Assembly (NCBI GenBank): GCA_964639885.1
Contig: CAZXEH010000001.1
Span: 151,205 to 215,204 of the forward strand
Direction of reading: 5' to 3'
Source of the DNA: an uncultured Caldisericales bacterium
Lineage (GTDB): Bacteria > Caldisericota > Caldisericia > JAAYUI01
DNA: 64,000 nt
Made by a program: the position numbers and the translations under genes. Positions 1 to 9,146 of the stretch are shown here, piece by piece. Below the pieces are notes generated by a model that saw only the letters and a list, made by a program, of their open reading frames with translations, was not told where the DNA came from and did no database searches. Position 1 is the first letter of the stretch, and each line of letters begins with the position of its first letter.

Positions 1-123
1 CTGCCGTATTATGAGGAATATTCGAAGGATTGCATTCCAAAACCGATCATGCTTCAGATTTCAGACGACCAGGAAACCAAACCTGAAACCACGGAAAACA
101 ACGATATCAACCCGAACTTGTAA
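1..123 (+). CDS. 3' end of an unidentified upstream ORF (partial; ends TAA at 121-123)
   Basis: Frame 1 reads through from the window start to a TAA stop. No recognisable motif. Confidence 0.25.
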   Translation: MPYYEEYSKDCIPKPIMLQISDDQETKPETTENNDINPNL

Positions 124-141
124 GCTCTTTGCGGAGGATAA

Positions 142-1017
142 ATGAAGAAGGCATTCAACTCACTCGGTGCACTGTTTTCAAAAGACCCTGCAGGATTCTA
201 CACGTTTGTTGTGTCGAACCTTGCCCTGCTGGTTCTGGTTTTTCTGCCTGTTTTGTTCACATCGTTTGGCAACGATCCATATGTTGGTGGTTTGTTCAGG
301 AAAAGTCCAGACATTGATTCCCGATATGTCCTCAGCTTTTTTGGCCTCAGCATCTTCTTCTATTTCATGTACAGCATCTTCATCAAACCGATCCAGTGGG
401 GTTTTTATATCGGTCTGGCCAACTCGGGCAATGCCAAAGAGGCCTGGACAAAAGCCACTGGCAATTATGGAAGAATGCTTGGTCTGACAGTCCTTCGCCT
501 CGTTGCATATTTTGCAAGCTCCACAACCATTGGATTCATTTTTTACATAATCCTCATAATCCCGCTAGCCTTCCTTGCAATTGGCGGTGTGACCGGCATA
601 TCTGCATACTCGATCATTCTTGGGCTGATGATACTGGTTGTTTTTTGTGCAGTGGTTTATTTCATTGATGTAACAGTCATCCTGTGCTTGTTTGACGCTG
701 TCAACACGAAGGAAACGGTTGTTAACATCATCGAAAAAACCATCAAGCACGGGCAGGTGGCAAGATTTCCTATTTTCCTCATCTATACCGCAACAAAGCT
801 GTTGCTGTGGGCGATGGTTGTCGTGGCCAGCATTTTCCTGTACAATTTCTTCTACATTCCTGTGCTTATAGCCACCCTAGCGTTTCTCTTCTTCCCGATC
901 ATTGTGGTCGGACTTTCACAGCCATTTTTCCTCGATTATCGCAAGGTTGTGGAAGGGTTAACAATCGCCACTTCGCAACCAGTCTCGCCAGTGGATGTAA
1001 CACCTCCGACACCATAA
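142..1017 (+). CDS. Polytopic integral membrane protein, uncharacterised family (paralog 1 of 3 in tandem)
   Basis: 291-aa ORF with a GGAGG site 5 nt upstream. It contains multiple long hydrophobic segments. The architecture matches that of the next two ORFs. Confidence 0.6.
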   Translation: MKKAFNSLGALFSKDPAGFYTFVVSNLALLVLVFLPVLFTSFGNDPYVGGLFRKSPDIDSRYVLSFFGLSIFFYFMYSIFIKPIQWGFYIGLANSGNAKEAWTKATGNYGRMLGLTVLRLVAYFASSTTIGFIFYIILIIPLAFLAIGGVTGISAYSIILGLMILVVFCAVVYFIDVTVILCLFDAVNTKETVVNIIEKTIKHGQVARFPIFLIYTATKLLLWAMVVVASIFLYNFFYIPVLIATLAFLFFPIIVVGLSQPFFLDYRKVVEGLTIATSQPVSPVDVTPPTP

Positions 1018-1067
1018 AAAGTCCGGTTTATTTGATTTGAATCATGGTGGGGATATAATCCATCCCT

Positions 1068-1847
1068 ATGGAAGACATCATCAGGGGATGGAAAAAGCTT
1101 GTCCAAGCAGCCAGAAACAGACCGACCGCTTTTGTGTTGTTTGTGCTGGCTTCGCTTGCCGTTGCCTTCATTGCTAATCTTCCGGTTCTGATCCTCAACC
1201 ACTCGTGGCTTGATGGTTCCGTTTTCATTAAGAGCTTCTACAACGCAGCGTCCTCAAATGTCAATTCCGGTGCAGATATGATTCAGGCTCTTCAACTTGA
1301 TCCTCTTGGGAGTGCAGGCTTGTGGGTGTTTTTCGGATCGTTTTGGAAATACCTGATTTTGATTCCGTTTCAAATCGTCTTTTTCCTCCCATTTCTGAGC
1401 GGGAAAGGCAAGTCAGTCTGGACGAGCCTGAAAAAGTTCCCTGCAGTGCTTGGAATTCAGATTTTCTCCGGTCTTGCAGTTGTTGTTCTGGCTGCAATCG
1501 GAATTGCACTCACAATTGCCCTTTTTGCTGGTGCAGCTGCGCCTTTCTTCATGATCATTGTTATGATAGCCGTTCTTTTCCTGATTATAATACTGATCCT
1601 TGCTCCATTTGGCTATGTTGTCGATGACATGCCGGTGGTCAAGTCGGTGACGAATTCTTTGAACCACTCGCTGAAGTTTGGATGGACAATCTTTCTTGTG
1701 CTGATAATTCCATCGATTGCTGGCTCCATGATTGACGGATGGCTTGGAAACATCGGTGTTGTTGGTGATCTGATCGCTTTGGCCTTCTTCCTGCCACAGT
1801 ACAGTGCCCTTCTGGCAGTCTACGAAAGGATGGCTGCAAATGTTTGA
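1068..1847 (+). CDS. Polytopic integral membrane protein, same family (paralog 2)
   Basis: 259-aa ORF with an amphipathic N-terminus followed by TM helices. It lies tandem to its neighbours. Confidence 0.6.
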   Translation: MEDIIRGWKKLVQAARNRPTAFVLFVLASLAVAFIANLPVLILNHSWLDGSVFIKSFYNAASSNVNSGADMIQALQLDPLGSAGLWVFFGSFWKYLILIPFQIVFFLPFLSGKGKSVWTSLKKFPAVLGIQIFSGLAVVVLAAIGIALTIALFAGAAAPFFMIIVMIAVLFLIIILILAPFGYVVDDMPVVKSVTNSLNHSLKFGWTIFLVLIIPSIAGSMIDGWLGNIGVVGDLIALAFFLPQYSALLAVYERMAANV

Positions 1848-2721
1848 GATGATGTTGCAGACATACAGGACAGTTTTCAAACTCATAAAGCAAACCTGGG
1901 TCAAGATGCTTATTCTGTGGGTTATCATTACGGCTGCAGCCCTGGCCATAAACCTTCTGATCCCAAGACTTTCTGCACTCATCATTGGTCACGGGTTTGA
2001 TCCGCTTCAGGCTCCGTCGTTCACCTGGTCACAGAGCCTTGCCAGATTGCTCAACGAAGGCACAACAGTTTTTAAAACAATCGGAATCGCCAGCTTCTTT
2101 TTCCAGGGACTCTACGGAGCATTTGAATTCATAGTCCATAACTCACTCCTGTCGCTTTTTGCCGGTTTCTACACGTTCTACGCCCTTGGAGCGCTCAGGG
2201 AGAATGACTTTGGACTGAGATCGATGGTCAAGGGGTTGAGGCCGTCAGCAAGGTACATGGTTGGAATGTGGTTCATCATCCTCATTCTTATTTTTGCCGG
2301 TGGAATCGGTTCCATTGAGCAGGCTTTCTACAACACCCAGCCAGGTGGTGATGCGATGTCAATGCTGGCTGCCTGGACGATTGTCGGTTCTGTGGCTGTT
2401 TTTGGTCTTTGTGTACTTTTCATCAGACTCTCGCTGCTTCCTTATGTCAGGTGCGTTTCAACAGAGAGATTCTCTGATTCAGTCAGGTTTACATTCCATC
2501 TCACCTCCGGCAGTTTCTGGGTGATCATTGTGGTCATGATACCGATTGTGCTGTGCTCCTATGCATTGTTTTACTATACCCGCTCGATTGAATATCTTGG
2601 AACCGTATGCCAGCAGATCGGCATCATCACGGTTGTGATATTCGAGGCGTCATTGTTCCACACACTCACTGAGAAAAAAGAACAGAAAAACACATCTGTT
2701 GCAACCGAACGACTCGGCTGA
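1840..2721 (+). CDS. Polytopic integral membrane protein, same family (paralog 3)
   Basis: The ATG at 1840 overlaps the stop of the previous gene (ATGTTTGA), suggesting translational coupling. The ORF track starts at 1804. The product is hydrophobic and multi-TM. Confidence 0.55.
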   Translation: MFEMMLQTYRTVFKLIKQTWVKMLILWVIITAAALAINLLIPRLSALIIGHGFDPLQAPSFTWSQSLARLLNEGTTVFKTIGIASFFFQGLYGAFEFIVHNSLLSLFAGFYTFYALGALRENDFGLRSMVKGLRPSARYMVGMWFIILILIFAGGIGSIEQAFYNTQPGGDAMSMLAAWTIVGSVAVFGLCVLFIRLSLLPYVRCVSTERFSDSVRFTFHLTSGSFWVIIVVMIPIVLCSYALFYYTRSIEYLGTVCQQIGIITVVIFEASLFHTLTEKKEQKNTSVATERLG

Positions 2722-2761
2722 TTTGACACGGTGATGGCCAGTTCATAAAATCAGTGAGTAC

Positions 2762-4516
2762 ATGAGTTTATGGACTAGACTTTTTTTGACATTCGTTCTC
2801 TGTCTCCTGATCACCCTGATTTTCCTTGGTGTCTACCTGACCATCAACCTCAGGCATTTCCAGCTTGAGGAGACATCGGCGTGGCTGACGATCCAGGCGA
2901 GGGTTCTGGAGCCAAAGATCAGATCGTATATGACAGTTGAACCGCCGAGGTTTTCCCTTACCAATCAGCTTGACGATGAACTTGGCGGATACAGCAGATT
3001 CATGGGCATAACCCTGCTTGATCCGTCTGGAAAACTGGTTTGGAGCACCATAACAAATGATACAGCCGACTGGTCTGACAAACCAGAAGTTGTTGCAGTC
3101 AGGGACAGACGGGAGAATGGCTCGGACACCAGAGATTTCCTTGAACATAATAATCTTTTCATCGCAATCCCGATTGTTTCTTACAGCTCAAGCGCAAAAA
3201 TCATAGGAATCATTGATGTCAACTACTCACTGGTCAACGTCGAGGAACAGACCAGGCAGTCAGTGAGGTTCATTTTTGCAACATTCCTCATAGCAATGCT
3301 TATCGGCGCCCTTTTCATATACAACGTCGTCCAGTTCCAGATTCAGCCGCTCCGCAACCTGATTCTTGTTGCGTCAGCAATCTCGGCTGGTGAATATGAA
3401 AAGCAGTTTGAAGTTCATGGCTCAGATGAGGTTGGACAGCTTGCCAGAGCTCTACAGGTTATGGTGGCCAAACTGAAGTCCGCCCTTTCGATTGCTGCCA
3501 ATGAGAGATCGACCCTGCAAGGTGTTTTCGAAGGCGTTGTTGACGGTTTGATTCTTGTCGATCCCCAGGGCAGGGTGCAGCTTGCCAATCTGGCTGCCTT
3601 GACGATGTTTGGTCTCAGTGACACAAGCATTGAGGGCAAACTGATTGAAGACACCGATTTTCCTCCTGACCTGACAGAGTTTCTCAAAACCACAAAAACA
3701 AACGCTGAGACCGAAATCAAGTTCAATAAGCCCCAAAGAAGGTTTGTCAGGGTTAGAGCCACTCCTGTCAATCAGGATGAATCGGTTCTGGGGTTGCTGG
3801 CAATCTGTGAAGATGTAACCAGGATGAGACTTCTTGAAGCCAACGAGAAAGAATTCACCCAGTACATCAGCCATGAGCTCAAGACTCCGCTTGCATCGTT
3901 GTCTGCATCGGTTGAAACCCTCCAGACTTCGGCAAAAAACGATCCAAAGGCTCAGGTTCATTTCCTGAACAACATAAACGAGGATATTGTCAGACTGACA
4001 AAACTTGTCAACTCACTGCTCACTTACCAGAGGATTCAGGCAACGCCCGATGAGATGAACAGATTTGGTTCGGTGGAGCTGATACTGGAGATTCACTCCA
4101 AGTTCCTGGCCTATGCGAACAAAAAGGGCATTCTGCTGGATCTTGATGTCCCTGATGATGAATACGACGTTATCGCTTCCAGAGACAGAATCATTCAGGT
4201 TCTCCTCAACCTTGTTGACAACGCCCTGAGATTCACCAAAAAGGGCGGAACGGTCTGTCTCAAGCTCCAGGCTGAGACTAAACGTGTAAAAATATCCGTC
4301 ATCGATACCGGTGTTGGCATCCCGAAAGACTTTGTCGACAGAATGGGCGAAAGGTTCATCAAGATTCCAAGAAAGGATCACCAGTTCGACACAAATGTCG
4401 GTCTCGGAGTCGCCATCTGCAAGGAAATCCTGAAACGTCACGGATCGACGCTGGAGATTGAGTCGGAAGAAGGCCAGGGAACCACTTTCAGCTTCCATCT
4501 CAGACGAGCAAGCTGA
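2762..4516 (+). CDS. Membrane sensor histidine kinase (two TM segments flanking a periplasmic domain, HAMP, PAS, HisKA, HATPase_c). No response regulator lies next to it.
   Basis: N-terminal TM helix and a second TM near residue 170. HAMP-like segment (QPLRNLILVASAISAGEYEK...). H-box ISHELKTPLASL. N/G boxes LLNLVDNALRFT and DTGVGIP...GLGVAICKEI. Confidence 0.85.
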   Translation: MSLWTRLFLTFVLCLLITLIFLGVYLTINLRHFQLEETSAWLTIQARVLEPKIRSYMTVEPPRFSLTNQLDDELGGYSRFMGITLLDPSGKLVWSTITNDTADWSDKPEVVAVRDRRENGSDTRDFLEHNNLFIAIPIVSYSSSAKIIGIIDVNYSLVNVEEQTRQSVRFIFATFLIAMLIGALFIYNVVQFQIQPLRNLILVASAISAGEYEKQFEVHGSDEVGQLARALQVMVAKLKSALSIAANERSTLQGVFEGVVDGLILVDPQGRVQLANLAALTMFGLSDTSIEGKLIEDTDFPPDLTEFLKTTKTNAETEIKFNKPQRRFVRVRATPVNQDESVLGLLAICEDVTRMRLLEANEKEFTQYISHELKTPLASLSASVETLQTSAKNDPKAQVHFLNNINEDIVRLTKLVNSLLTYQRIQATPDEMNRFGSVELILEIHSKFLAYANKKGILLDLDVPDDEYDVIASRDRIIQVLLNLVDNALRFTKKGGTVCLKLQAETKRVKISVIDTGVGIPKDFVDRMGERFIKIPRKDHQFDTNVGLGVAICKEILKRHGSTLEIESEEGQGTTFSFHLRRAS

Positions 4517-4536
4517 TCGCTTAATCTTTTCATAAA

Positions 4537-4564
4537 TTGACTTCAATTGTCATGAATATAGAAT
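4537..4564 (+). promoter_or_regulatory. Candidate sigma70 promoter for rpsB-tsf (TTGACT-16-TAGAAT)
   Basis: TTGACT at 4537-4542 and TAGAAT at 4559-4564. An ~80-nt leader contains an imperfect inverted repeat (CACTGCGG...CCTGCAGTG) and an AAGGAG site before the ATG at 4644. Confidence 0.4.
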
Positions 4565-4643
4565 TTATTGGATTACGCACACTGCGGGAGCTTTCGGTGA
4601 AAGTTAATAAACCTGCAGTGGAGGAAGAACCGGAAGGAGAAAC

Positions 4644-5477
4644 ATGAGCGTAGTAAACATGAAGCACCTGCTCGAGGCAGGCGTACATTTTGGCCACCAG
4701 ACCAAGAGGTGGAACCCGAGGATGAGACAGTTCATTTTCACAGCAAGGAACGGCATCCACATCATCGACCTCCGCATCACAGCTGAAAAGTGCGAAGAGG
4801 CATACGCAAGAGTCAGGGACATCGCTTCAAGAGGCGGAAACATTATCTTCGTCGGAACAAAGAAACAAGCCCAGGACATCGTGAAGGAAGAGGCAAAGCG
4901 TTGTGGTGCCCATTATGTAAACCAGAGATGGTTCGGTGGCACCCTCACAAACTTCACAACAATCCACACAAGAATCGAAAAACTCCGCGACCTTGAGGAA
5001 AGGGAAGTCACAGGCGAACTCAAGAGACTCCCGATCAAGGAATACATGAGGATCAAGAACCTCCGCGACAAGCTCACAAAGTTCCTCGATGGCCTCAAGC
5101 ACATGGACACTCTTCCAGAGGCAATCTTTGTCACAGACACAATCAAGGATCACGCAGCCGTCATTGAAGCAAGGAAGATTGGCATCACAGTCATCGGCAT
5201 CACTGACACAAACTCAGACCCAGAAGAAGTCGATATCCCAATCCCTGGAAACGACGACGCAATCAGATCAATAAAGTTCTTCACCCAGCTGATCGCAAAC
5301 GCAATGATCGAAGGCAGGGAAGGCGTTGACCAGGTTCCAGCTGAAACACACAGCAAGGTAGAGGAAACCGAAGACATCGAGCCAGAAGAGGCAATGAAGG
5401 AAATTGAAAATATTCCGGCCGACACAATTCTTCACGAAGCTGAAGAAAAGTGGGCTGAATACGATGAGGAGGCATAA
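4644..5477 (+). CDS. rpsB: 30S ribosomal protein S2 with an acidic C-terminal extension
   Basis: Hallmark N-terminus MSVVNMKHLLEAGVHFGHQTKRWNPRM. AAGGAG ribosome-binding site. Confidence 0.97.
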   Translation: MSVVNMKHLLEAGVHFGHQTKRWNPRMRQFIFTARNGIHIIDLRITAEKCEEAYARVRDIASRGGNIIFVGTKKQAQDIVKEEAKRCGAHYVNQRWFGGTLTNFTTIHTRIEKLRDLEEREVTGELKRLPIKEYMRIKNLRDKLTKFLDGLKHMDTLPEAIFVTDTIKDHAAVIEARKIGITVIGITDTNSDPEEVDIPIPGNDDAIRSIKFFTQLIANAMIEGREGVDQVPAETHSKVEETEDIEPEEAMKEIENIPADTILHEAEEKWAEYDEEA

Positions 5478-5480
5478 GCC

Positions 5481-6332
5481 ATGTCGACAGAACTTGTTAA
5501 GCAGCTCAGAGAAGTAACCGGTGCAGGCATTCTCGAATGCAAAAAGGCACTTGAAGAAGCTGGAAACGACCTGGAAAAAGCCATTGACATCCTCAAGCAG
5601 AAGGGTGTTGTCAAGGCAGCAAAGAAAGCCGATAGGGACACAACTGAAGGCAGAATCGGCGTCGCAATCAGCTCAGACAGGAAGAAGCTGGTCCTTGTGA
5701 AGCTCGGATGCGAAACAGACTTTGTAGCCAAGAACTCCGAATTTATCGCACTTGCCGACAAGGTTGCTGCTGTTGCAATGGATAAGAACATCACATCGGT
5801 TGAACCGCTCCTTACAGAGAAGACGGCTGATGGAACAGTTGATGACACCGTCAAGGCAGCAATCGCCAAGATCGGTGAAAACATCAAAATCAACGACGTC
5901 CAGTTTGTGAAGGCCGACAAGGGCATCCTCGACGTATACCAGCACCAGGGTTCAAAGCTCGTGGTAGTGGTTGAAATCCTTGGCGATGAGTCGAAGAAGG
6001 ACAACCTTGTCAAGCTCGCCCATGAACTCGCACTCCAGATTGCAATGGACAATCCGGAATTCGTTTGCAGGGAACAGGTTCCGGCAGACGTTGTCCAGCG
6101 CGAGAAGGACAATCTCATGGTTACCCCGGAAATCCAGTCCAAGCCGGAAGGCGTAAGGGGCAAGGTTGTTGAAGGCAAGCTCAGCGCATTCTTTGAAACA
6201 TGCTGCCTTCTTGATCTTCCGTACATCAGGGAACAGAAAAGGAAAGTGCACGAAGTCGTCGCCGATACTGCAAAAGAAGTCGGCTCAAAAGTTGAAGTCG
6301 TGTGCTTCAAGAGAGTCTCCATCGGCAAATAA
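5481..6332 (+). CDS. tsf: Elongation factor Ts
   Basis: The N-terminal UBA-like motif LVKQLREVTGAGILECKKALEEAGNDLEKAIDILKQKG matches EF-Ts. It follows rpsB, as is typical. Confidence 0.95.
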   Translation: MSTELVKQLREVTGAGILECKKALEEAGNDLEKAIDILKQKGVVKAAKKADRDTTEGRIGVAISSDRKKLVLVKLGCETDFVAKNSEFIALADKVAAVAMDKNITSVEPLLTEKTADGTVDDTVKAAIAKIGENIKINDVQFVKADKGILDVYQHQGSKLVVVVEILGDESKKDNLVKLAHELALQIAMDNPEFVCREQVPADVVQREKDNLMVTPEIQSKPEGVRGKVVEGKLSAFFETCCLLDLPYIREQKRKVHEVVADTAKEVGSKVEVVCFKRVSIGK

Positions 6333-6341
6333 CAGGCAGGC

Positions 6342-7079
6342 TTGCACCTGCCAGGCGGAGGAAATGTGCCTCGTTACAACAGGATACTGTTAAAACTTTC
6401 AGGCGAATCGCTGCTTGGTGAAAAGGGCTTCGGAATTGATGTAGATTTCATCACCAAAGTCGCCCAGGTGCTTGTCGAACTCCACAAAATGAACATCCAG
6501 ATAGCCATCGTCGTTGGCGGTGGCAACATCTGGAGGGGAAAAGACGGAGTGGCGCTTGGCATGGACAAGGTCAATGCCGACTACATGGGAATGCTGGCAA
6601 CGTGCATGAACGGACTGGCTCTCCAGACCGTAATAGAGAAGATGGGTGTTCCAACCCGCCTTCAGTCGGCAATTGCCATGCACCAGCTTGCAGAACCGTT
6701 TATCCAAAGAAGAGCAATCCGGCACCTGGAAAAGGGCCGGATTGTCATTTTTGCGGCAGGCACCGGAAATCCTTTCTTCTCAACCGATACCTCGGCAGCT
6801 TTGCGTGCTGCAGAAGTCAAGGCTGAATGCCTGCTAAAAGCCACAAAAATAGACGGTATCTACACCGATGATCCTGCAAAAAATCACGACAGCAAAAAGC
6901 TTGAACGTGTCACCTACACCGACATTCTGGCAAAAAACCTTCAGGTTATGGATGGTGCAGCTGTGGCTATCTGTCGTGAAAACGACATTCCAATAATTGT
7001 TTTCTCCCTTGTTGACCCCATGAATATAATAAAGGTTGTCAATGGAGAAAATATCGGTTCGACTGTGTATGGAGGTTAG
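6342..7079 (+). CDS. pyrH: UMP kinase. The likely true start is the GTG at about 6365, which follows a GGAGG site.
   Basis: ILLKLSGESL and VVGGGNIWRG motifs of the amino-acid kinase family. Confidence 0.9.
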   Translation: MHLPGGGNVPRYNRILLKLSGESLLGEKGFGIDVDFITKVAQVLVELHKMNIQIAIVVGGGNIWRGKDGVALGMDKVNADYMGMLATCMNGLALQTVIEKMGVPTRLQSAIAMHQLAEPFIQRRAIRHLEKGRIVIFAAGTGNPFFSTDTSAALRAAEVKAECLLKATKIDGIYTDDPAKNHDSKKLERVTYTDILAKNLQVMDGAAVAICRENDIPIIVFSLVDPMNIIKVVNGENIGSTVYGG

Positions 7080-7080
7080 A

Positions 7081-7629
7081 ATGGACACAAAGGCAATTGA
7101 ACAGAAGATGGAAAAGACCATCCAGTCCCTTCAGCAGAATTTTGTAGGTCTGCGGGCTGGCAGAGTCACACCGGCAATCGTTGCAAAAGTCACAATCGAC
7201 GCCTACGGATCACAGATGCCACTGCCGCAGGTTGGCAACGTCGGCTGCCCGGATGGTAGAACCATTATCATTGAACCATGGGACAAAGGATTGATCAAGG
7301 AAGTCGTCACCGCCCTCCAGAAAGCAAACCTTGGTGCAAACCCGATTTCAGATGGTAATCTTGTTCGTCTCCCATTCCCGCCGCTTTCTCAGGAACGCAG
7401 GCAGGAACTGGCGAAAATGGTGAAAAAATACGGCGAGGAAGCCAAAGTCGCAATCAGAAACATCCGTCGTGACCTCATCGAGGACGCAAAGAAATCCGAA
7501 AAAAACAAGGAAATCTCCGAGGACGAACGCTTCAAAAGAGAAGACGAAATCTCAAAATGCGCCGACAAGTTCACAAAAGAGATAGACAAACTCATTCTCG
7601 CAAAAGAGAAGGAGATTCTTGAGAGCTGA
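7081..7629 (+). CDS. frr: Ribosome recycling factor
   Basis: The ATG at 7081 follows GGAGGT. The ORF track gives a longer frame from 7036 that overlaps pyrH. RRF-like sequence (VRAGRVTPAIVAKVTIDAYGSQMPL...). Confidence 0.9.
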   Translation: MDTKAIEQKMEKTIQSLQQNFVGLRAGRVTPAIVAKVTIDAYGSQMPLPQVGNVGCPDGRTIIIEPWDKGLIKEVVTALQKANLGANPISDGNLVRLPFPPLSQERRQELAKMVKKYGEEAKVAIRNIRRDLIEDAKKSEKNKEISEDERFKREDEISKCADKFTKEIDKLILAKEKEILES

Positions 7630-8314
7630 CCCGAAGTTGCCAGAACACGTAGCCATCATAATGGATGGTAATGGGAGATGGGCGGTTGGCAGAGGGTTGC
7701 AGAGGGTTGCTGGCCACAAGCGTGGTGTACTCTCGGTCAGATCAACAGTTGAGAAAGCTGCGCAAGTTGGCATCAAGGTATTAACGCTCTATTGCTTTTC
7801 AACGGAGAACTGGAAGCGCGATCCGGCCGAAGTTGAATTTCTGATGAACACGTTCCTTGAAACCCTATTTGAGGAACGTCCAATGATACTAAATAACAAC
7901 ATCCGTTTCAGACTTATCGGCGACAGGTCAAAACTCTCGGAAGCTCTCGTTAAGGCAGCTGAAAATTTGGAGATAGAGTCGTCTGTCAATTCTGGCATGT
8001 GGCTTTTGCTTGCCATAAACTATGGGGGCAGGAACGAGTTACTTTCGGCGTTCAAGCAGATTGTATCTGAAGGGGTAAAGTCCGAGGAGATCACAGGGCA
8101 GATAATCTCAGACCATCTCTACACGAAAGGGATTCCAGACCCGGACATTGTCATAAGAACTTCAGGCGAGATGAGGATTTCTAACTTTCTCATCTGGCAG
8201 TCGGCGTATTCAGAACTCATTTTCTTTAAGAAATACTGGCCTGATTTTTCTGGTGCAGACCTCATGAAAGCCATAAAAATATATCAAAACCGCAACAGGA
8301 GGTTTGGAGGATAA
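7619..8314 (+). CDS. uppS: Undecaprenyl diphosphate synthase (cis-prenyltransferase)
   Basis: HVAIIMDGNGRWA, FSTENWKR and RTSGEMRISNFLIWQSAYSE motifs. Confidence 0.92.
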   Translation: MRADPKLPEHVAIIMDGNGRWAVGRGLQRVAGHKRGVLSVRSTVEKAAQVGIKVLTLYCFSTENWKRDPAEVEFLMNTFLETLFEERPMILNNNIRFRLIGDRSKLSEALVKAAENLEIESSVNSGMWLLLAINYGGRNELLSAFKQIVSEGVKSEEITGQIISDHLYTKGIPDPDIVIRTSGEMRISNFLIWQSAYSELIFFKKYWPDFSGADLMKAIKIYQNRNRRFGG

Positions 8315-9146
8315 AATGTCAAGAGTGGTTGTTGCACTGATTCTAGCGCCGGTTGTGCTTGCTCTGACGTATCTTTCGGGCTGGCCTTTTCTTGTAATGG
8401 TCTGTGTTTTTTCGACGCTGGTGGTTTTCGAGGCTGCAAAGGTCATCAAAAAAACCGGCTCAAAACCAGAGATTCTTTTGCTTGTTCCGGCAAACCTTGC
8501 CATCCAGATTGCCGTCTATTTTCAATACTGGAAACTGATACCTTTCGTGGTTTTTGTATTCATCTCAATCCTGTTCATCATCGAAATCATCAAGGGAAAT
8601 ATAACAGGAGCAAGCGGCAGGATAGGAGCCAATCTCGTGGCCCTGGCAATCGGTAGTCTGCTTGCTTTCCTCACTGTCATTGAATTTGTAGGTGCAACAC
8701 CTGGTGAAAAAGCGCCTGGCTGGAGGCTTTTGTTTACACTCTTCTCCGGTGTATGGAGCTTTGACATCTTCAGCTATTATGGCGGAATCTTGGCCGGTAA
8801 ACACAAACTCGTTCCAAAGGTCTCGCCGGGCAAAACCTGGGAAGGACTCATAATTGGTTTTATCCTCGGATTGGCCGTCACAATCACCGTCGGCCTCTTT
8901 CTGATAATCGTAAACAGGGATGTTTTCCCAAACTTCGACCTTGTGAGGCTGATCGCTGGAGGAATTGTCATCATTGGAGCATCACTGGTCGGCGACCTGA
9001 GCGAGTCGGTTCTCAAAAGGGATGCCAACATGAAAGACTCCGGCAAGATTCTCATCGGTCACGGCGGCGTTCTGGACAGGCTCGATTCAATCCTCTTCGC
9101 TGCCCCTGCATTCTATTTCTTCCTGGAGAAGGTTGTTCTTCCTTGA
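8304..9146 (+). CDS. cdsA: Phosphatidate cytidylyltransferase
   Basis: C-terminal signature SVLKRDANMKDSGKILIGHGGVLDRLDS. Multi-TM protein. Confidence 0.9.
   Translation: MEDKMSRVVVALILAPVVLALTYLSGWPFLVMVCVFSTLVVFEAAKVIKKTGSKPEILLLVPANLAIQIAVYFQYWKLIPFVVFVFISILFIIEIIKGNITGASGRIGANLVALAIGSLLAFLTVIEFVGATPGEKAPGWRLLFTLFSGVWSFDIFSYYGGILAGKHKLVPKVSPGKTWEGLIIGFILGLAVTITVGLFLIIVNRDVFPNFDLVRLIAGGIVIIGASLVGDLSESVLKRDANMKDSGKILIGHGGVLDRLDSILFAAPAFYFFLEKVVLP

Noticed and set aside
129-668. Overlapping small ORFs (62-106 aa) at the 5' end in other frames
   Set aside because: They overlap the 291-aa membrane protein ORF, which has a proper RBS. They lack their own RBS.
5432-6328. 298-aa ORF antisense to tsf (Ser/Thr/Ala-rich)
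   Set aside because: tsf on the plus strand has unmistakable EF-Ts motifs. The antisense frame is low-complexity and has no RBS.
7691-7712. Tandem direct repeat GCAGAGGGTTG x2 inside uppS
   Set aside because: It lies inside a well-conserved coding region (encodes GRGLQRVAG). It is a short in-frame duplication with no sign of a mobile or regulatory element.
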